Assembly (NCBI RefSeq): GCF_021869535.1
Contig: NW_026262668.1
Span: 85,932,001-85,996,000, forward strand
Direction of reading: 5' to 3'
From: Mytilus californianus
Lineage: Eukaryota
DNA: 64,000 bases
Below the pieces are notes generated by a model. That model saw only the letters and a list, made by a program, of their open reading frames with translations. It did no database searches and was not told where the DNA came from. This document shows positions 61,466 through 64,000 of this stretch, piece by piece; position 1 is the stretch's first letter; every line of letters begins with the position of its first letter. The position numbers were made by a program, and so were the translations under genes.

Positions 61466-64000
61466 CCACTTATAAAGTTTGAAGTGCATTACATGCATGA
61501 CGGAATTCTGGTGACAATTATTTCGTTATTTCTAAAATTCTGAAACAAATTTGAAATGAAATGTAAATCTATATTTAAACTTTAATAACCTTTCTTTTAT
61601 TTAATTCCAACTGAAATAATTTAATATGGTCCATTATAAACGCTATTTCAAAATAACCTAAACGGAATAGTCGAGGATGACAAATGCGACTATGCATGGT
61701 AACTATAGGACACAGAAGCATGATGATTAATCTATTGTGGAAGAAAGAGAAGCGACACACAAAATGAGGTGTTATCATTTAATAGTATAGATGATGATTA
61801 ATTTATTGTGGAAGGAAGAGAAGCGACACACAAAATGAGGTCTTCTCATTTAATAGTATAGATATGGAGTCAGTTGACAATTTCTGTCATCTGACGAATT
61901 TTTAGATATGGTCCTGTTGATCATTATTGTTGTATATAGTTTATTGCCAAAACAAATGTAATTGTCATTAAAGGGCATGCAGTTGATCAAGGACATTTTC
62001 GGACTAATAGAAAGAAAAGTAGATTATGACTTGGCGATGGTTTAGGGCTGACAGTTTTTGTTATTATCCATATTTATTAATAAATCAAGATAAAAAAAAC
62101 TCATGAAAGAAATTAGGCTTCTCAATGAGTACTACCTTACGCGCATTTCGTCTACATGAGACTCATGAGTGGCATTCAAATCAGTTTGAAGGCTAAATCG
62201 ACTACGAAGTTTAAGAGCTTTGAAAACCAAAACTACAAAACTTTGCTCAAAATGGCTAATTTAACTTATCGCACCTCGGGTAAATTACTGACGTTATGAT
62301 TGGTTAAACGCTGTAGCGTGGTGAACCCATATGGATCCGTATGGGGTCAGTAAAAAAGGAAAACAAGTTATAAATTTCATGCGTCCGAAGTGCTTTTCTG
62401 GTTTAACCGTCACCAGGAACGCTTTTAAAAAGCCGAATATTTGAAAGCCAAGGATGTATAAGAACCGGAACAGTTGAAGAGCTATATGACCAAAAAGGAC
62501 ATAAAAAAATAGCCAAATCCATCTAAGGTCAACTTTGCCTGAGAAAGTTGAATCCTTGGCTTCCTTTTAATTTCAAAATTTATAAACAGACAATTAAAAA
62601 TTGCATATGGGGTTCATTAGTCAAGAATACTATTAATGGTGACATCATCTATCAATATTATTGTATTCATTGTTTATTTGTATACAAAACTTGGCAAGAA
62701 AATTCTTTATACGGTTCACTACAGACCCCCTACGGATCCATAAAGGGTTAGTAAAATTTATAGGGGTGAGGCTTTTGCTTTCGACCTCACCCCTTTGAAA
62801 TCTTCTAACCCTGTATGGATCCGTAGGGGGTCAGTAGCGAACCATACAACATATGAATATAAGTTATCGATGTTTTTCAGACGAGTGGGTGTTTCTCAGC
62901 TACAATCTCATAGAAGGGCGACATCCCTGAGATATGATGCGGCCGAGAATTATCTTGTTGTTAGTGATCGTGGTAAATTAAATGTTTTGTAATTTTGGTA
63001 TCAAATGAAATGAAAGGGATTTGGTATTACTGCAGAACCCTGGTTGACAGTTTTTTTTTAAATAATAATAAATATGTATGAAGTTGGAGCATGCAGATCA
63101 GATCAGGAGTACCTGTTTTGTACTCCTAAACTTCCAGAAACCAGTGCGCTATTTATAAAATTAAGTGTACAAAAACATTTTTCAGCGCAGGTCAGGATAA
63201 GGGATAGTTTTGACATAAAATAGCTGCCACTTTATATAAACTTCAGACAAAATAGATATGAATGCTTTAACTTTCAGAATTTAACACAGAAAGCAATGGG
63301 ACTTTGAATTATTGGTTTCATTCCTAAACATTAAACGTTATCATCTATAAAGTTAACCTCTTGGTTTATGTATAAACCACACAGATTTTGTGTCAGTCCT
63401 TTCAATTAACGTATTCAAACAATATTTTTTTGTAACAATATTTTGTCTTCATCGGTACAAAACTGCATTTTTACAATGTTAAATATCAAAATCAAAAACA
63501 ATCCGTTTCATTTTATGAGGCTGCTTATCATATTTTGACAAAACTCAAGCTAATCCGTTTTTGACTGAAAACGGGTTTTTTCTAATTGAATCCGTTAGAA
63601 TATGTAATTATTGTTATCCTTTACTGGGAGGAGAATATTTATCTATCATTTTGGATAGCTGGATTTTTAGCTAGCTTTTGGTAACGGCAAGTAGTTCTTT
63701 TTGTCTTTAGAATTTGTCTGTTCGTATTGTTTTGACGAGCTTAAAGTCCTTATTATAATAATATCTTCTCTTCTACGGTCATTGTTACCTTTTTCATCTA
63801 CTATTTTATTTCTTCATCCTAATGATTTTTATAGTTTACTTAAAAAATGAAAACAACACTTTATGAATTTCATGCGTCTGAAGCGTTTTTCTCGATTTAT
63901 ATTCCTCGGGAACGACCAAAGCCGACTAGTTGAAAGCCAAGGATATACCGGTATAAGAACTGAAACAGTTGAAGAGCTATACAACTAAAAAGGACCAGAA

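Overview
AT-rich, repeat-dense eukaryotic DNA. The repeat families suggest a bivalve mollusc, possibly Mytilus-like (inference). The window is mostly nested mobile elements. (1) 1-7043, minus strand: a near-intact tyrosine-recombinase (Ngaro/DIRS-group) retrotransposon with an unusual order SGNH hydrolase - gag - RT/RNaseH - YR. It has a canonical A_AAA_AAC -1 slippery site at the gag/pol overlap, a 10-copy 67-bp double-hairpin array in its 3' region and a terminal direct repeat that runs off the window. (2) About 11.7-16 kb: a decayed APE-RT LINE. (3) About 16.5-20.3 kb: a second, RT-deleted Ngaro relic with the hydrolase in the canonical position after YR, interrupted by a Helentron-like satellite carrier. 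(4) 21-43 kb: non-autonomous DNA elements (TTAA Kolobok-like, TA-flanked, Harbinger-like, long-palindrome elements), a SINE, Penelope-like 3' fragments and minimal hammerhead ribozymes. A ~1-kb inverted-repeat pair brackets 9.2 kb of this stretch. (5) About 44.4-51.6 kb: a decayed Gypsy LTR element with a tRNA-Leu PBS, an HhH-like Gag N-terminus and a possible extra 3' ORF. (6) Three plus-strand exons (104/155/169 bp) of a host SLC22-type organic ion transporter gene. All family assignments come from motifs read by eye and recalled knowledge; no searches were run.
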